From Clostridia bacterium (GTDB taxonomy: Bacteria > Bacillota > Clostridia > UMGS1883): a stretch of 64,000 nt of DNA. The notes beneath the pieces were generated by a model that was given only the letters and a program-made list of their open reading frames with translations, searched no databases and was not told the DNA's origin. Below are positions 29,552-39,573 of this stretch, one piece after another. Position numbers and translations under genes: made by a program. The first letter of the stretch is position 1. The number at the start of each line of letters is the position of its first letter. The DNA lies in NCBI GenBank assembly GCA_017411435.1, contig JAFQQD010000014.1:20783-84782 (forward strand), given 5' to 3'.

Positions 29552-30625
29552 ATGGCAAAAAGTCTTGAAGCAATTGATAAGAATTTTAAAGTAGAAAAAA
29601 AAATAAAGCGTGAAGGTGTCAAATTTTACGACATTGAGCAGGAACCTTTTGAAATACACGGTGTATACAAGGAAAATGGAAAATTCCGCCGTATGCCTGA
29701 AAAGGTCGCAATCAGCACAAAAAATGACGGCGTAATTGCACTTCATTCAAACACTGCAGGCGGACGAATTCGTTTCCGTACTGACAGTCCCTATGTTGCA
29801 ATCAGTGTAAAACTTTGCGACGCGCTTCGCGATATGGGTAAATTTTCAGTTACAGGTGCACTCGGCCTTGATATGTACGTAAATTACGGCGATGGCGAAG
29901 GAGATGTGTATCAGCACACTTTTGTTGCTCCTCCGGATCTTGAAAACGGCTATGAATCATTAAAAGGCGAATTCAAGGATGATAATATGCGCGATATAAC
30001 AGTAAACTTTCCTCTTTACAGTGGGGTTGAAAAGCTTTATATCGGCCTTGACGAAAACGCAAATCTTGAAAAAGCCGCTCCCTATATTGATAAGAAGCCT
30101 ATCGTATATTACGGCTCTTCTATCACACAGGGAGGATGCGCGTCGCGTGCAGGAAACAGTTATCAGGGCTTTATTTCAAGAAGATTTAATTGCGACTACA
30201 TAAATCTGGGATTTTCGGGTAGCGCAAGGGCGGAAGATGAAATGGCGGAATATATCTCAAATCTTGATATGTCAATTTTCGTTTTTGACTATGAGCATAA
30301 TGCACCTACTATTGAATATCTCAGAGAAACTCATCAGAAGATGTTTAATAAAGTAAGAGCAAAGCACCCAGCTCTCCCCATAATCATAATGACATCTCCG
30401 CGCTATATTCAGCCTCCCCAGAGAGAAATATGGTGCGATGTCGTAAAGGAAACCTACGAAAAAGCCGTTGCTGCAGGTGACAAGAATGTTTACTTCCTTG
30501 ACGGTAAAGATTTGATGGCACTGTGCAAAAACGAAGGCACGATTGACAAAACTCATCCCAATGACCTTGGCTTCTTTGCAATAGCATCTGCAGTAGGTGA
30601 CATTATTGAAAAAATCTGGAAGTGA
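29552..30625 (+). CDS. SGNH/GDSL hydrolase
   Basis: YGSSITQG, NLGFSG, D.THP.D.G blocks. Confidence 0.9.
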   Translation: MAKSLEAIDKNFKVEKKIKREGVKFYDIEQEPFEIHGVYKENGKFRRMPEKVAISTKNDGVIALHSNTAGGRIRFRTDSPYVAISVKLCDALRDMGKFSVTGALGLDMYVNYGDGEGDVYQHTFVAPPDLENGYESLKGEFKDDNMRDITVNFPLYSGVEKLYIGLDENANLEKAAPYIDKKPIVYYGSSITQGGCASRAGNSYQGFISRRFNCDYINLGFSGSARAEDEMAEYISNLDMSIFVFDYEHNAPTIEYLRETHQKMFNKVRAKHPALPIIIMTSPRYIQPPQREIWCDVVKETYEKAVAAGDKNVYFLDGKDLMALCKNEGTIDKTHPNDLGFFAIASAVGDIIEKIWK

Positions 30626-30742
30626 TGATGGAGCAATTATCACAACTGTTTTCTACACAATGGAAAAACGGACAGAAAAGCAAGTTTTGAAGGCTTCTAG
30701 CTGTATCATAGGTTTATTATAGTAAAAAGAGGAGATTCTATT

Positions 30743-33319
30743 ATGAAAAAGAAAATCTCATTATTGATTTGTTTAGTGATGATTATGCAGCTTTTTTCAG
30801 CAGGGTTTGCAAGTGCTGCAAAAATAGGAACAAAGACCATCACTTCAAAAGGCGCATGCGTAATGGACTTTGAAACCGGAGAGGTTTATTACGAGTTTAA
30901 CGGAAATAAGGCGCGCGTTCCTGCAAGTATGACTAAAATCATGAATGTTTACTTGATTTATGAGGCACTTGAAAATGGTCTTATAACACTTGACACAGTA
31001 GTCCCCATTAGTAAAAATGTTTATGAAAAATCCCGAAATTCTGTTTATCAGAGTGTGTTACCGCTTTACTATAATAAGACATATACAGTCGACCAGATGC
31101 TTGATGTCATCGTGGTATATTCAGCAAGTGGTGCTGCTGTCGCAATGGCAGAACTTCTCGGTGGCGGAAGCGAGGCGGAATTCGTAAAGAAAATGAATGC
31201 AAAAGCAACCGAGCTTGGCGTGGACGCATACTATAAGGACAGTTGCGGTATTGCAACGAACGAAATCACACCTATCGGTATGGCTAAACTTGCAAGACAG
31301 ATAATAAAGGATTACCCCGATATTCTCAAAAGAAGCAGCCAGAAATCAGTAAAATTCCACGGAAATACATACAAGACTACAAATCATCTCCTTGACACAT
31401 ACTATTATGAAGGTGCAGACGGACTCAAGACAGGAACAACTTCTCAGGCAGGTTACTGTTTCTGTGGTACCGCGGTAAGAAACGGCAGAAGAATGATTTC
31501 TGTAACTATGTCTTCGGCAAGTACCGGACAGAGGTTTGTAGACACTGCAACGCTTCTTGATTATGGATTTGAACAGGCAGAAAAGAGGGCGGCAGCACAA
31601 CCTTCAATTGATGAAATACTGGAAAAAAACAACAGTATCTACTATACTGATATAAGAACTTTCATTAACGAAAATGAAGTTCCTACATTCCTGTATGACG
31701 GTGTAAAAACTCATCCTGTAATTATTGCGGAAGATCTCGCAAGGTACGGATTTGATGTAACCTATGATGAGAAGGCAAAGATGCTGCTTATCAAACACAA
31801 CCCAAATAAGAAACCTCATCCGATAGATATGAGTTACTACCGTGGCAAAAACGGAGAAAAAGCATATTCAATCATTCCCGAGCGTTTAGATGTTGTAGTA
31901 TCTGCAGGTGAACTTGACTATTTCCTTACAGATGTTTACAATGTAAACGGATATATTTGCATATCTGTTGATGAACTTAAAAAAATGTATAATTTCGAGT
32001 GGAAAGACAGCGAAAGAGCATCATATATCTCTCCGGGTCAAAACAGTGCATCGTCACAAATTACAGTTTCAGGTGAAGCGCGTGCAATTCTTCCCAATGG
32101 AGAGGAGCTTACATCAGGCAGCGCATATATAATGGACTTTGAATCCGGGAAAGAGCTTTACAGTTTCAATGCGGATACTCAGAAAGCCGTTGCATCAATT
32201 GCAAAAATGATGTCAATATATGTAATTCTCGATGCTGTTAAAAACGGCGAAATAGCACTTGATACAGTTGTTCCTATAAGTGAAAATGTTTATAATCTCT
32301 CTCGCGTGGAAGATTATAAAATGATGGTTAATCTCGAATACGATGAAGTATATACCGTTGATGAAATGATAGATATGATTATCATTGATTCTGCAGCGGC
32401 TTGTGTTACTGCAGTGGCAGAACTTATTTCTGGCAGTGAAGAAGAATTCGTAAAGAGAATGAATAAAAAAGCAGAGGAAATAGGAATCGGTTCAGTATTT
32501 TATAATGGCACAGGCGTTTGCCTTAACCCTGCAGTTGACAAGGAAAATCTCATGAGTGCACGAGAAGTTGCAATCATGACAAAGAAAATGATTGAAGATT
32601 ATCCCGATGTTCTTGAAAGAACAAAGGAAGCTTCAGTAGTATTCCACGGCAAGACATATTACAACCTTAATAAGATGTTTACAGACTACTACTACGAAGG
32701 TGCAGACGGCTTCAAAAATGGTATGACACCCGCATCAGGATACTGTATGTGCGGTACTGCAATCCGCGATGGAAAACGCGTAATAACTGTAACTCTTCCT
32801 TCAAATTCAAACGAAGCACGCTTCACAGATACTGCAAAGATGTTTGATTACGGATTCACCGTATTGGGCGTAGAGATAACAAACGATAAAAATGAAAATC
32901 CCAATGAGCCTGTATATAAGGACGGCGAGGATGTAAAAATAAACATAGACGGAAATTATGAAATGAACTTTGCCGTTCAAAAACCTGTAATTATAGATGG
33001 CAGAGCGATGATTCCCGTTCGTGAGCTTCTTGAAACTCTTGAAAAGAAAGTGGATTGGAACGATGAAACAAAACAGGCAATAATAAGCGATGAGGCAACA
33101 ACAGTTAAGCTTTCCGCAGGAAATAATATTATGATTAAGGAAGTAAAAAATCCCTTAAGCGGGGAAGTTACTTTTGAAAATGTAAAACTCGAAGTGGCAC
33201 CTGTTATTGTAAATGGAAGAATCCTTCTTCCCATTCGCGCTGTAGTTGAGGCTTTTGGAATGGCAGTAATCTGGGAAGAAGATACAAGAACAATCCTTAT
33301 AATCGCCGGCGTTTGCTAA
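30743..33319 (+). CDS. Secreted D-Ala-D-Ala carboxypeptidase with two S11 domains and a C-terminal copper-amine-oxidase-N (stalk) domain
   Basis: Signal peptide; ASMTK...KTG and ASIAK...KNG; C-terminal P.I.DGR..IP.R repeats. Confidence 0.85.
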   Translation: MKKKISLLICLVMIMQLFSAGFASAAKIGTKTITSKGACVMDFETGEVYYEFNGNKARVPASMTKIMNVYLIYEALENGLITLDTVVPISKNVYEKSRNSVYQSVLPLYYNKTYTVDQMLDVIVVYSASGAAVAMAELLGGGSEAEFVKKMNAKATELGVDAYYKDSCGIATNEITPIGMAKLARQIIKDYPDILKRSSQKSVKFHGNTYKTTNHLLDTYYYEGADGLKTGTTSQAGYCFCGTAVRNGRRMISVTMSSASTGQRFVDTATLLDYGFEQAEKRAAAQPSIDEILEKNNSIYYTDIRTFINENEVPTFLYDGVKTHPVIIAEDLARYGFDVTYDEKAKMLLIKHNPNKKPHPIDMSYYRGKNGEKAYSIIPERLDVVVSAGELDYFLTDVYNVNGYICISVDELKKMYNFEWKDSERASYISPGQNSASSQITVSGEARAILPNGEELTSGSAYIMDFESGKELYSFNADTQKAVASIAKMMSIYVILDAVKNGEIALDTVVPISENVYNLSRVEDYKMMVNLEYDEVYTVDEMIDMIIIDSAAACVTAVAELISGSEEEFVKRMNKKAEEIGIGSVFYNGTGVCLNPAVDKENLMSAREVAIMTKKMIEDYPDVLERTKEASVVFHGKTYYNLNKMFTDYYYEGADGFKNGMTPASGYCMCGTAIRDGKRVITVTLPSNSNEARFTDTAKMFDYGFTVLGVEITNDKNENPNEPVYKDGEDVKINIDGNYEMNFAVQKPVIIDGRAMIPVRELLETLEKKVDWNDETKQAIISDEATTVKLSAGNNIMIKEVKNPLSGEVTFENVKLEVAPVIVNGRILLPIRAVVEAFGMAVIWEEDTRTILIIAGVC

Positions 33320-33426
33320 TTGATAGAAAAATCCGGAAATAATGATGTGCAATACATATTTATCACTGAGAAGTGCACAATAGCTTTGAGAGAAAAACTC
33401 TCGAATTAAAAAAAGGAGCGATAAAT

Positions 33427-33543
33427 ATGTCAGAACAGAACAAGAAAAATCAGGAGCAGAAGAATCAGAACCAGAACCAGAATCAGAAGGAAAATAAAAA
33501 CGAAAAAAAGAATTCTGAAAACAACAACATTCGTTTTAACTAA
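33427..33543 (+). CDS. Small 38-aa Asn/Gln/Lys-rich protein (not in ORF track)
   Basis: RBS aaggag; MSEQNKKNQEQKNQNQNQNQKENKNEKKNSENNNIRFN; own terminator. Confidence 0.6.
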   Translation: MSEQNKKNQEQKNQNQNQNQKENKNEKKNSENNNIRFN

Positions 33544-33545
33544 CA

Positions 33546-33578
33546 AAAAACGCTGTGGCAATTGCCACAGCGTTTTTT
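33546..33578 (+). terminator. Rho-independent terminator
   Basis: aaaaacgctgtggc-aatt-gccacagcgtttttt. Confidence 0.85.
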
Positions 33579-33666
33579 CTTAAGTATCTTGCTTTTTGAT
33601 TCTTTTTGAGGTAAAATAATAGTAATATATAATGGTACATTAAAAATATTTTATCAGAGGTGTATT

Positions 33667-35310
33667 ATGAGTTACAGAAAAGAATATGAAAAATGGCTCG
33701 CATCAGACAAGGTAACAGACGAAATAAAGGCAGAGCTCCGCGCCCTTGACGAAAAAGAAATCGAAGACAGATTTTACAAGGAACTTGAATTCGGTACAGC
33801 AGGACTTCGCGGAATTATGGGTGCAGGTATAAACCGTATGAATGACTATACGGTAAGACGCGTTACTCAGGGACTTGCTTTTGAAATCCTTGAATCAGGC
33901 GTGGAAAACGAGGGTGTTGTTATCGGGTACGATTCCAGAAACAACTCGGCTTCATTCGCTCTTGAATGTGCAAAGGTGCTTTGTGCCAACGGTATCAAGA
34001 CATATCTTTTTGATTCTCTTCGCCCTACTCCTGAACTTTCATTTGCACTTCGCCACCTTCGTTGTGCGCGCGGTATAGTAATTACTGCAAGCCACAATCC
34101 CAAGGAATATAATGGTTATAAGGTTTACGGAGAAGACGGCGGTCAGCTTCCTCCCGAGGTTGCAGATATAATCGTAGGATATATTGAAAAAACGGATATT
34201 TTCGAAGATATAAAAATGACACAGACTCCCGATTACATATCTATCGGGGAGGATTTAGACCGTGCATATATTGATGCCGTTAAAGAGCAGTCGCTCGGCA
34301 TCAAAATCCCCGAAGATTTCAAGGTTGTCTACACACCGCTTCACGGTAGCGGTAATAAACTTGTGCGCCGTGTTCTTGACGAAATTGGTGTAAAAAATGT
34401 TTTTGTTGTTCCCGAACAGGAAAAACCCGATGGAAATTTCCCCACCGTGAAGAGCCCCAATCCCGAAAATGCTGAGGCATTTACTCTTGCTATAGAGTAC
34501 GCCAAAGAGCAAAATGCAGACATTATCTTCGGAACAGACCCTGACAGTGACAGAATCGGTGTTGTCGTAAGAAAAGCTGACGGAACTTTTGCAGTTCTCA
34601 CGGGAAATCAGACAGGCGCGCTTCTTTGCGAATTTATTTTAAGAACAAAAAAGGCAGACGGAACACTTCCCAAAGAGGGTGCAGTTATAAAGACAATTGT
34701 TACAACGGAAATGATTCGTGCTATTGCCGACAGCTTTTCTATGGAAACAATTGATGTGCTTACGGGATTCAAATTTATCGGCGAGAAGATAAAAGAATTT
34801 GAGGCAGAGGGTAAGTTTGACAAATATCTCTTCGGCCTTGAAGAAAGCTATGGGTACCTCAAGGGTAGCTACGCGCGTGATAAGGATGCAGTCGTTGCAT
34901 CTATGCTCGTTGCTCAGCTTGCCGCTGATCTTAAGCTTCAGGGCAAGACTCTTTATGACGGACTTATTGAGCTTTATGAAAAGTATGGATACTTCCTCGA
35001 ATCCCTTGAAACAAAAACTCTCACCGGTATTGAGGGCGTAGAACAGATTAAAGCAATTATGAAAAAATTCAGGGAAGAGAAGCTTCCTCTCGATATCGAA
35101 AAGATGCTTGACTACAGTAAAGGTGTAGACGGACTTCCCAAGAGTGATGTCCTTAAATATTTCCTCGCGGACGGAAGCTGGTTTGCAGTTCGCCCCTCAG
35201 GTACCGAGCCTAAGATTAAGTTCTACTTCGGTGTGTGCGGGAAAACTCAGGCGGAAGCCCAGGCAAAAATGGATTCTTTCAAGAAAAATGTAATGTCATT
35301 TGCCGGCTAA
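33667..35310 (+). CDS. pgm: Phosphoglucomutase/phosphomannomutase
   Basis: FGTAGLRG, TASHNP, DPDSDR, GLEES and RPSGTEPK motifs; promoter TTGCTT-17-TAAAAT at 33589-33617. Confidence 0.95.
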   Translation: MSYRKEYEKWLASDKVTDEIKAELRALDEKEIEDRFYKELEFGTAGLRGIMGAGINRMNDYTVRRVTQGLAFEILESGVENEGVVIGYDSRNNSASFALECAKVLCANGIKTYLFDSLRPTPELSFALRHLRCARGIVITASHNPKEYNGYKVYGEDGGQLPPEVADIIVGYIEKTDIFEDIKMTQTPDYISIGEDLDRAYIDAVKEQSLGIKIPEDFKVVYTPLHGSGNKLVRRVLDEIGVKNVFVVPEQEKPDGNFPTVKSPNPENAEAFTLAIEYAKEQNADIIFGTDPDSDRIGVVVRKADGTFAVLTGNQTGALLCEFILRTKKADGTLPKEGAVIKTIVTTEMIRAIADSFSMETIDVLTGFKFIGEKIKEFEAEGKFDKYLFGLEESYGYLKGSYARDKDAVVASMLVAQLAADLKLQGKTLYDGLIELYEKYGYFLESLETKTLTGIEGVEQIKAIMKKFREEKLPLDIEKMLDYSKGVDGLPKSDVLKYFLADGSWFAVRPSGTEPKIKFYFGVCGKTQAEAQAKMDSFKKNVMSFAG

Positions 35311-35325
35311 TATGGAGATGAACTA

Positions 35326-37116
35326 ATGAGAAAAATATTTTCAGTATTACTTATCCTTGCGATGTTGATGTCTTGCATACCGGCAGGAGCATACTATTCG
35401 TACGGGAAAGACCTTGACTTTACTGATATGGACTACACCCATTGGGGCTACTACTATATAAAAGACTGCGTGAATAGCGGAATAATGAAGGGCACGAGTG
35501 ATACTACTTTCTCTCCCGATTCCACAATAAGCGTTGCGGAAATTATTACCATTGCAGTAAGGCTTGCAGGAATAAAAACCGTATCTTCAGGAGAAAACTG
35601 GTATGACGGAGCGGTAAACGCAGCTGTTCATAGCGGCATTATAAAAGAAGGTCAGTTTGACAGCTTTACAAGAGAGGCAAGCCGTGCCGAGGTTGCAGGT
35701 ATGCTTGGCGTAGTAAAGCCTGAAAGCTCATACAAAGCCATAAACAATATATATGCAATATATGATGTCAATGAAATGACACCATATTGCGGTGAAATAT
35801 ATAAACTCTACCGCGCAGGAATACTGACAGGCAGCGGAAATAGTGCTGCTTTCAAGCCTTATGAAAATATAACCCGTGCAGAGACTGCGGCACTTGTAGC
35901 AAGACTTCTTGACGAAGGTCAGCGCAGAAACTTTACCATTGTTGAAAGCCCTTCTGACTATACGGTTAAGACCACAGACAAGAGGCTCAACATCGGCGGA
36001 GTATACGGTTACGGAATAGTTGAAATCGGCGGAAAGTATTTTATAATGCCTGAACTTTTCAAGGCTACTCATGGAGAAGTTAACGGCAGAATTTTAACTT
36101 TCAACAAAGAAAGCAAGGATTATTATCTTGACATTAAGAAAGGCTATCCCGATGATGTTGCTTATGCAATTGACTATTCCTTTGCAATGCCGTCAGGACT
36201 TGTAATGGGAACTGCAGAGCTTGCCCCCGAAATACTTTATTTCAACTACAAAACGGCGTGTTATAACAGCCTTTATACAATTGACGGTAAATTCCATCTG
36301 GTAAGCCTTGAGGCAATAGGCGCATATGAAGAAGGAAACGATTTTGTACTGCCTGTAGAAAGATACGCATCAGTTATACATAAGGAAGTAGATATGGTGG
36401 GAAATGCTCTTGCATCTCTTCAGCGCGCAAATGCAAAGGATACCGCCCGTGCAATACATGACTATATCGTAAACACCATCACTTATGACCCGACAGTTAT
36501 GGCGTATTCAGGAATAACGCAGGCAAAACTTGACGAGGTGCAGTCAGCAAAAGAATCCGCAGAGGCAACATATAATTTTGATAACAATATAACCCTTGCT
36601 TCAAAATACGGAGTTTGCCATAATTACGCACTTCTTATTAATGAAATGTATTTACGAAGCGGAATTCCCTGCTTTTATGTAGCGGGCGAAACATCAGGCA
36701 GCTACGGACTTGAAGGCCATGCGTGGAATATGGTATATGTAAACGGAGAGTGGCTCTTTGTTGATTCTACTTGGGATGACCCCGTATCAAAAAAGCCCCA
36801 GCTCAGCCATTCTTACTTTTTAGTTGGCGTGGAGACTATGGCAAGAAGCCGTATATGGGACGGCTATCCCATGCCAGAAGAATATGACCCCGAATGGGAA
36901 AAAATTGACCCCAATAATATAACAAGTGCAGATATGTACAGAAAATGCCTTGTAGCACAGATTGCAATGGGTAAAACAAACTTCAGCCTTCGTCCTGTGA
37001 AATCGGGCGCCTACGGCGGAAATATGAGTGCGTATTTGTATTCGGAAAGCTATTTCTGGTCGATGAGCTGTCGCTACAACAGTAAAACAGGCGCATATGA
37101 TTATGTGGTTGAGTGA
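35326..37116 (+). CDS. S-layer homology + transglutaminase-like domain protein
   Basis: Signal peptide, SLH repeats (FTD..HW, ITRAE), GVCHNYA / HAWN / VDSTWD catalytic triad. Confidence 0.88.
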   Translation: MRKIFSVLLILAMLMSCIPAGAYYSYGKDLDFTDMDYTHWGYYYIKDCVNSGIMKGTSDTTFSPDSTISVAEIITIAVRLAGIKTVSSGENWYDGAVNAAVHSGIIKEGQFDSFTREASRAEVAGMLGVVKPESSYKAINNIYAIYDVNEMTPYCGEIYKLYRAGILTGSGNSAAFKPYENITRAETAALVARLLDEGQRRNFTIVESPSDYTVKTTDKRLNIGGVYGYGIVEIGGKYFIMPELFKATHGEVNGRILTFNKESKDYYLDIKKGYPDDVAYAIDYSFAMPSGLVMGTAELAPEILYFNYKTACYNSLYTIDGKFHLVSLEAIGAYEEGNDFVLPVERYASVIHKEVDMVGNALASLQRANAKDTARAIHDYIVNTITYDPTVMAYSGITQAKLDEVQSAKESAEATYNFDNNITLASKYGVCHNYALLINEMYLRSGIPCFYVAGETSGSYGLEGHAWNMVYVNGEWLFVDSTWDDPVSKKPQLSHSYFLVGVETMARSRIWDGYPMPEEYDPEWEKIDPNNITSADMYRKCLVAQIAMGKTNFSLRPVKSGAYGGNMSAYLYSESYFWSMSCRYNSKTGAYDYVVE

Positions 37117-37117
37117 T

Positions 37118-37813
37118 ATGAAGATAATTGCACATATTAAAACCCCCTTTCGTGAAAAATTCGGAATTCCCAGGCAAAGCGGACTTCTGGACACAGAAGG
37201 GCAGATAATTTTTGAAAAGGAATACCGTGTGCGTGAGGCTTTTCGGGGACTTGAGGACTATTCACATATATGGATCTTGTGGAATTTTTCCGAGCATAAT
37301 GAAAACGAGTGGTCGCCAACTGTACGCCCTCCGCTTCTTGGCGGAAATAAGCGTATGGGCGTATTTGCAACTCGCTCTCCTTTTCGTCCTAATCCGATAG
37401 GATTATCTTGCGTTAAACTTGAAAAAATAGAATACACAAGGGATTTTGGTCCCGTGCTTCATATAAGTGGAGCCGATTTAATGGATGGCACTCCTATCTA
37501 TGACATCAAGCCGTATCTTGCATACGCTGATTCATTTCCCAATGCGATATGCGGATTTACCAAAAATCTTTCCGAAAGGAAAATTGATGTCAGGGTAGAA
37601 ACAGATTTATCTGATAAAATTCCTCAGAAAACGAAAGAGGAAATTATAAAAGTCCTTTCGCATAACCCGACACCGTCTTATAAGGGCGAAGGAAAAACCT
37701 ATAAAATGAAATACGCAGATTACGATATTTCGTTTGAAATCAGGGAAAGTATTTTATATATAACAGACATAAAAAATAAGCGTGCCGCTTCACCCATTTC
37801 GCGTCCCAACTGA
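37118..37813 (+). CDS. tsaA: tRNA t6A37 N6-methyltransferase TrmO/TsaA
   Basis: KFGIPRQ, GVFATRSPFRPNPIG, DGTPIYDIKPY motifs. Confidence 0.93.
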   Translation: MKIIAHIKTPFREKFGIPRQSGLLDTEGQIIFEKEYRVREAFRGLEDYSHIWILWNFSEHNENEWSPTVRPPLLGGNKRMGVFATRSPFRPNPIGLSCVKLEKIEYTRDFGPVLHISGADLMDGTPIYDIKPYLAYADSFPNAICGFTKNLSERKIDVRVETDLSDKIPQKTKEEIIKVLSHNPTPSYKGEGKTYKMKYADYDISFEIRESILYITDIKNKRAASPISRPN

Positions 37814-37864
37814 GCTTAAAGCCAACATATGTTGCTCGCGATAAAAACACGCAAATTCCTAAAC
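37772..37864. repeat. ~93-bp dispersed repeat (copy 2), overlaps the tsaA 3' end
   Basis: Inverted copy of 5402-5494. Confidence 0.8.
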
Positions 37865-37867
37865 GGT

Positions 37868-37899
37868 AAAAAACGCCTCGAATCACTTCGAGGCGTTTT
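37868..37899. terminator. Bidirectional terminator
   Basis: aaaaaacgcctcgaa-tcac-ttcgaggcgtttt. Confidence 0.8.
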
Positions 37900-37902
37900 C
37901 TC

Positions 37903-38019
37903 TTATAACATAGGAAATTGCGCGCGAAAAGTGCGCAATAGGCTTGTTTCAAACAAGCGTACCGACCTGCCCCCAAGAGTGGGGGTCAGGGGGTTGATGC
38001 GTTAAGAACGCTTTTTTAT
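37903..38019. repeat. 117-bp structured repeat (copy 2)
   Basis: Identical to 18168-18284. Confidence 0.9.
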
Positions 38020-38561
38020 AAATTTTTTGTAAGCACCGACAAAAACTCGGAATAAAGTGACTGCGGGTCGTTTTTGAATGCGGCACACATTTTTTTTGCC
38101 ATAAGCTCATCACTTACGGAAATGGAAACATTGAACATATCAAAGTTCCCTTCGGAAATTCCAAGTGATACCAGATATTCAATATCGTTTACTTTTTTGT
38201 AGTCGGCCTTTACGCTGAGTGCGTTTTTAAGGTCCTTAATCTTTATTTTGATTGCGCGCATAAGCCGTTCACGGACTGTTTTGGGAATCCTGTCGCTGAA
38301 GAATCCCAACGCCTGAGTACCCTTTTCTGTAAGAGAATAGAATCTGTCATTGTTCTCGACATAGTAGGTTACGAGTTCCTCTTCTTCAAGTTCGCCCATC
38401 TGATGTTGTAAATCAAAGTAGTTTACAAACGGTTCAAGCGAAAGAGTGTCCACGATGAAGGAATTGGGAACAGGCATTTTGAAGTTGTCAATAATAAACA
38501 GAGCGATTAGCTTTACATCTACTTTTTCGTCAAAGCTGTAATCCAAAGAAAACCCTCCCAA
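38016..38561 (-). CDS. DUF4364 family winged-helix protein
   Basis: KLI.L, NYF.LQ..L.EL, Y.LT.KG..AL..F and C..FK..P..Y pattern. Confidence 0.8.
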   Translation of the reverse strand: MGGFSLDYSFDEKVDVKLIALFIIDNFKMPVPNSFIVDTLSLEPFVNYFDLQHQMGELEEEELVTYYVENNDRFYSLTEKGTQALGFFSDRIPKTVRERLMRAIKIKIKDLKNALSVKADYKKVNDIEYLVSLGISEGNFDMFNVSISVSDELMAKKMCAAFKNDPQSLYSEFLSVLTKNL

Positions 38562-38590
38562 TGACTTTCTATCTTCAAAGACGCAAAGAT

Positions 38591-39487
38591 TTATTGCGCA
38601 TTATCATCCTCAGGCACAGGTACTGCGCCGGTTAACATTTCTTCTTCGAGGTTTATAAGCTCGCCATCCTCACCAATAACGAGTGAAGGAGATTCTGTAA
38701 GAGATGGAAATGCTCTTACAGCAATGAAATCAACTATCGCAAGGGTAAGGAATACAACTGCGGTCTCGAAAAATACACTTATGAAGAAAATCATAAAGAA
38801 TACCGAGAACGATGTAAGCTCAACGCCTGACTTTGAATAATGCATGATGAAATCATATATAGGATAGTCAATAAATACCTTGTATATGAGTGACATCAGA
38901 ATAATATTAACAAATGCAGAGACTACAAACCTTACCATAAAAGATTTAACAAGAAGATCCGTATAGAAACCACGGAAACGCGTTCCGAACCACATAGTTT
39001 TATTTCTGTACAGAATCCAGCCGTGCAAAAATCCTGCAACTGCGGCACCTATAACATAACCTATAAAGAAACCGTGACCTGAAACTATCATTCTTACAAT
39101 ACAGCATAGTGTTACGCTGATACAGCAGATAACGGGACCGTAGAAGAAACCGAGCAGTGCATTTACAATGATGTCAAGATTTGTTGTTATGTACTGAACA
39201 ACCTTTTGATTGTAGAACTCAAATTCAACAGTTCCTGCAACGCCTAAAAGAATGTATACAGCGATAAGCAGGAAAATAACAATGATAGTAGCAGGGGAAC
39301 GGAAATGATAAACAGAGCTGGCAAGCATAGTTTTGCAGTTTTCCCAATACTCTTTAATTCTTGCGGCAATCATTTCACGGCGACTTGAAAATTCAACAAA
39401 TTCCTCATCAAAAAAATCGTCATCCGACTCAAAGTAGGGAAGAGGCGCCATATTAGGGTCGAACAAGTTTTTATCGTTGTTGCTCAT
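38591..39487 (-). CDS. ECF transporter S-component-like membrane protein (FolT-like) with acidic extensions
   Basis: About 6 TM helices with 'ALLG.FYGP', 'GFFIGY' and 'AGFLHGWILY' patterns. Confidence 0.6.
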   Translation of the reverse strand: MSNNDKNLFDPNMAPLPYFESDDDFFDEEFVEFSSRREMIAARIKEYWENCKTMLASSVYHFRSPATIIVIFLLIAVYILLGVAGTVEFEFYNQKVVQYITTNLDIIVNALLGFFYGPVICCISVTLCCIVRMIVSGHGFFIGYVIGAAVAGFLHGWILYRNKTMWFGTRFRGFYTDLLVKSFMVRFVVSAFVNIILMSLIYKVFIDYPIYDFIMHYSKSGVELTSFSVFFMIFFISVFFETAVVFLTLAIVDFIAVRAFPSLTESPSLVIGEDGELINLEEEMLTGAVPVPEDDNAQ

Positions 39488-39573
39488 AAAAAACTCCATT
39501 CCGCCTTTGAGGCAAAAATTATTATATATAAATACATTATAACTTATTTATATAATATTTTCAATACATTTTT

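Noticed and set aside
33440-33490. (cagaac/cagaat)n as a contingency repeat or CRISPR
   Set aside because: A short in-frame hexamer run encoding NQ; no spacers. No CRISPR array was seen anywhere in the window.
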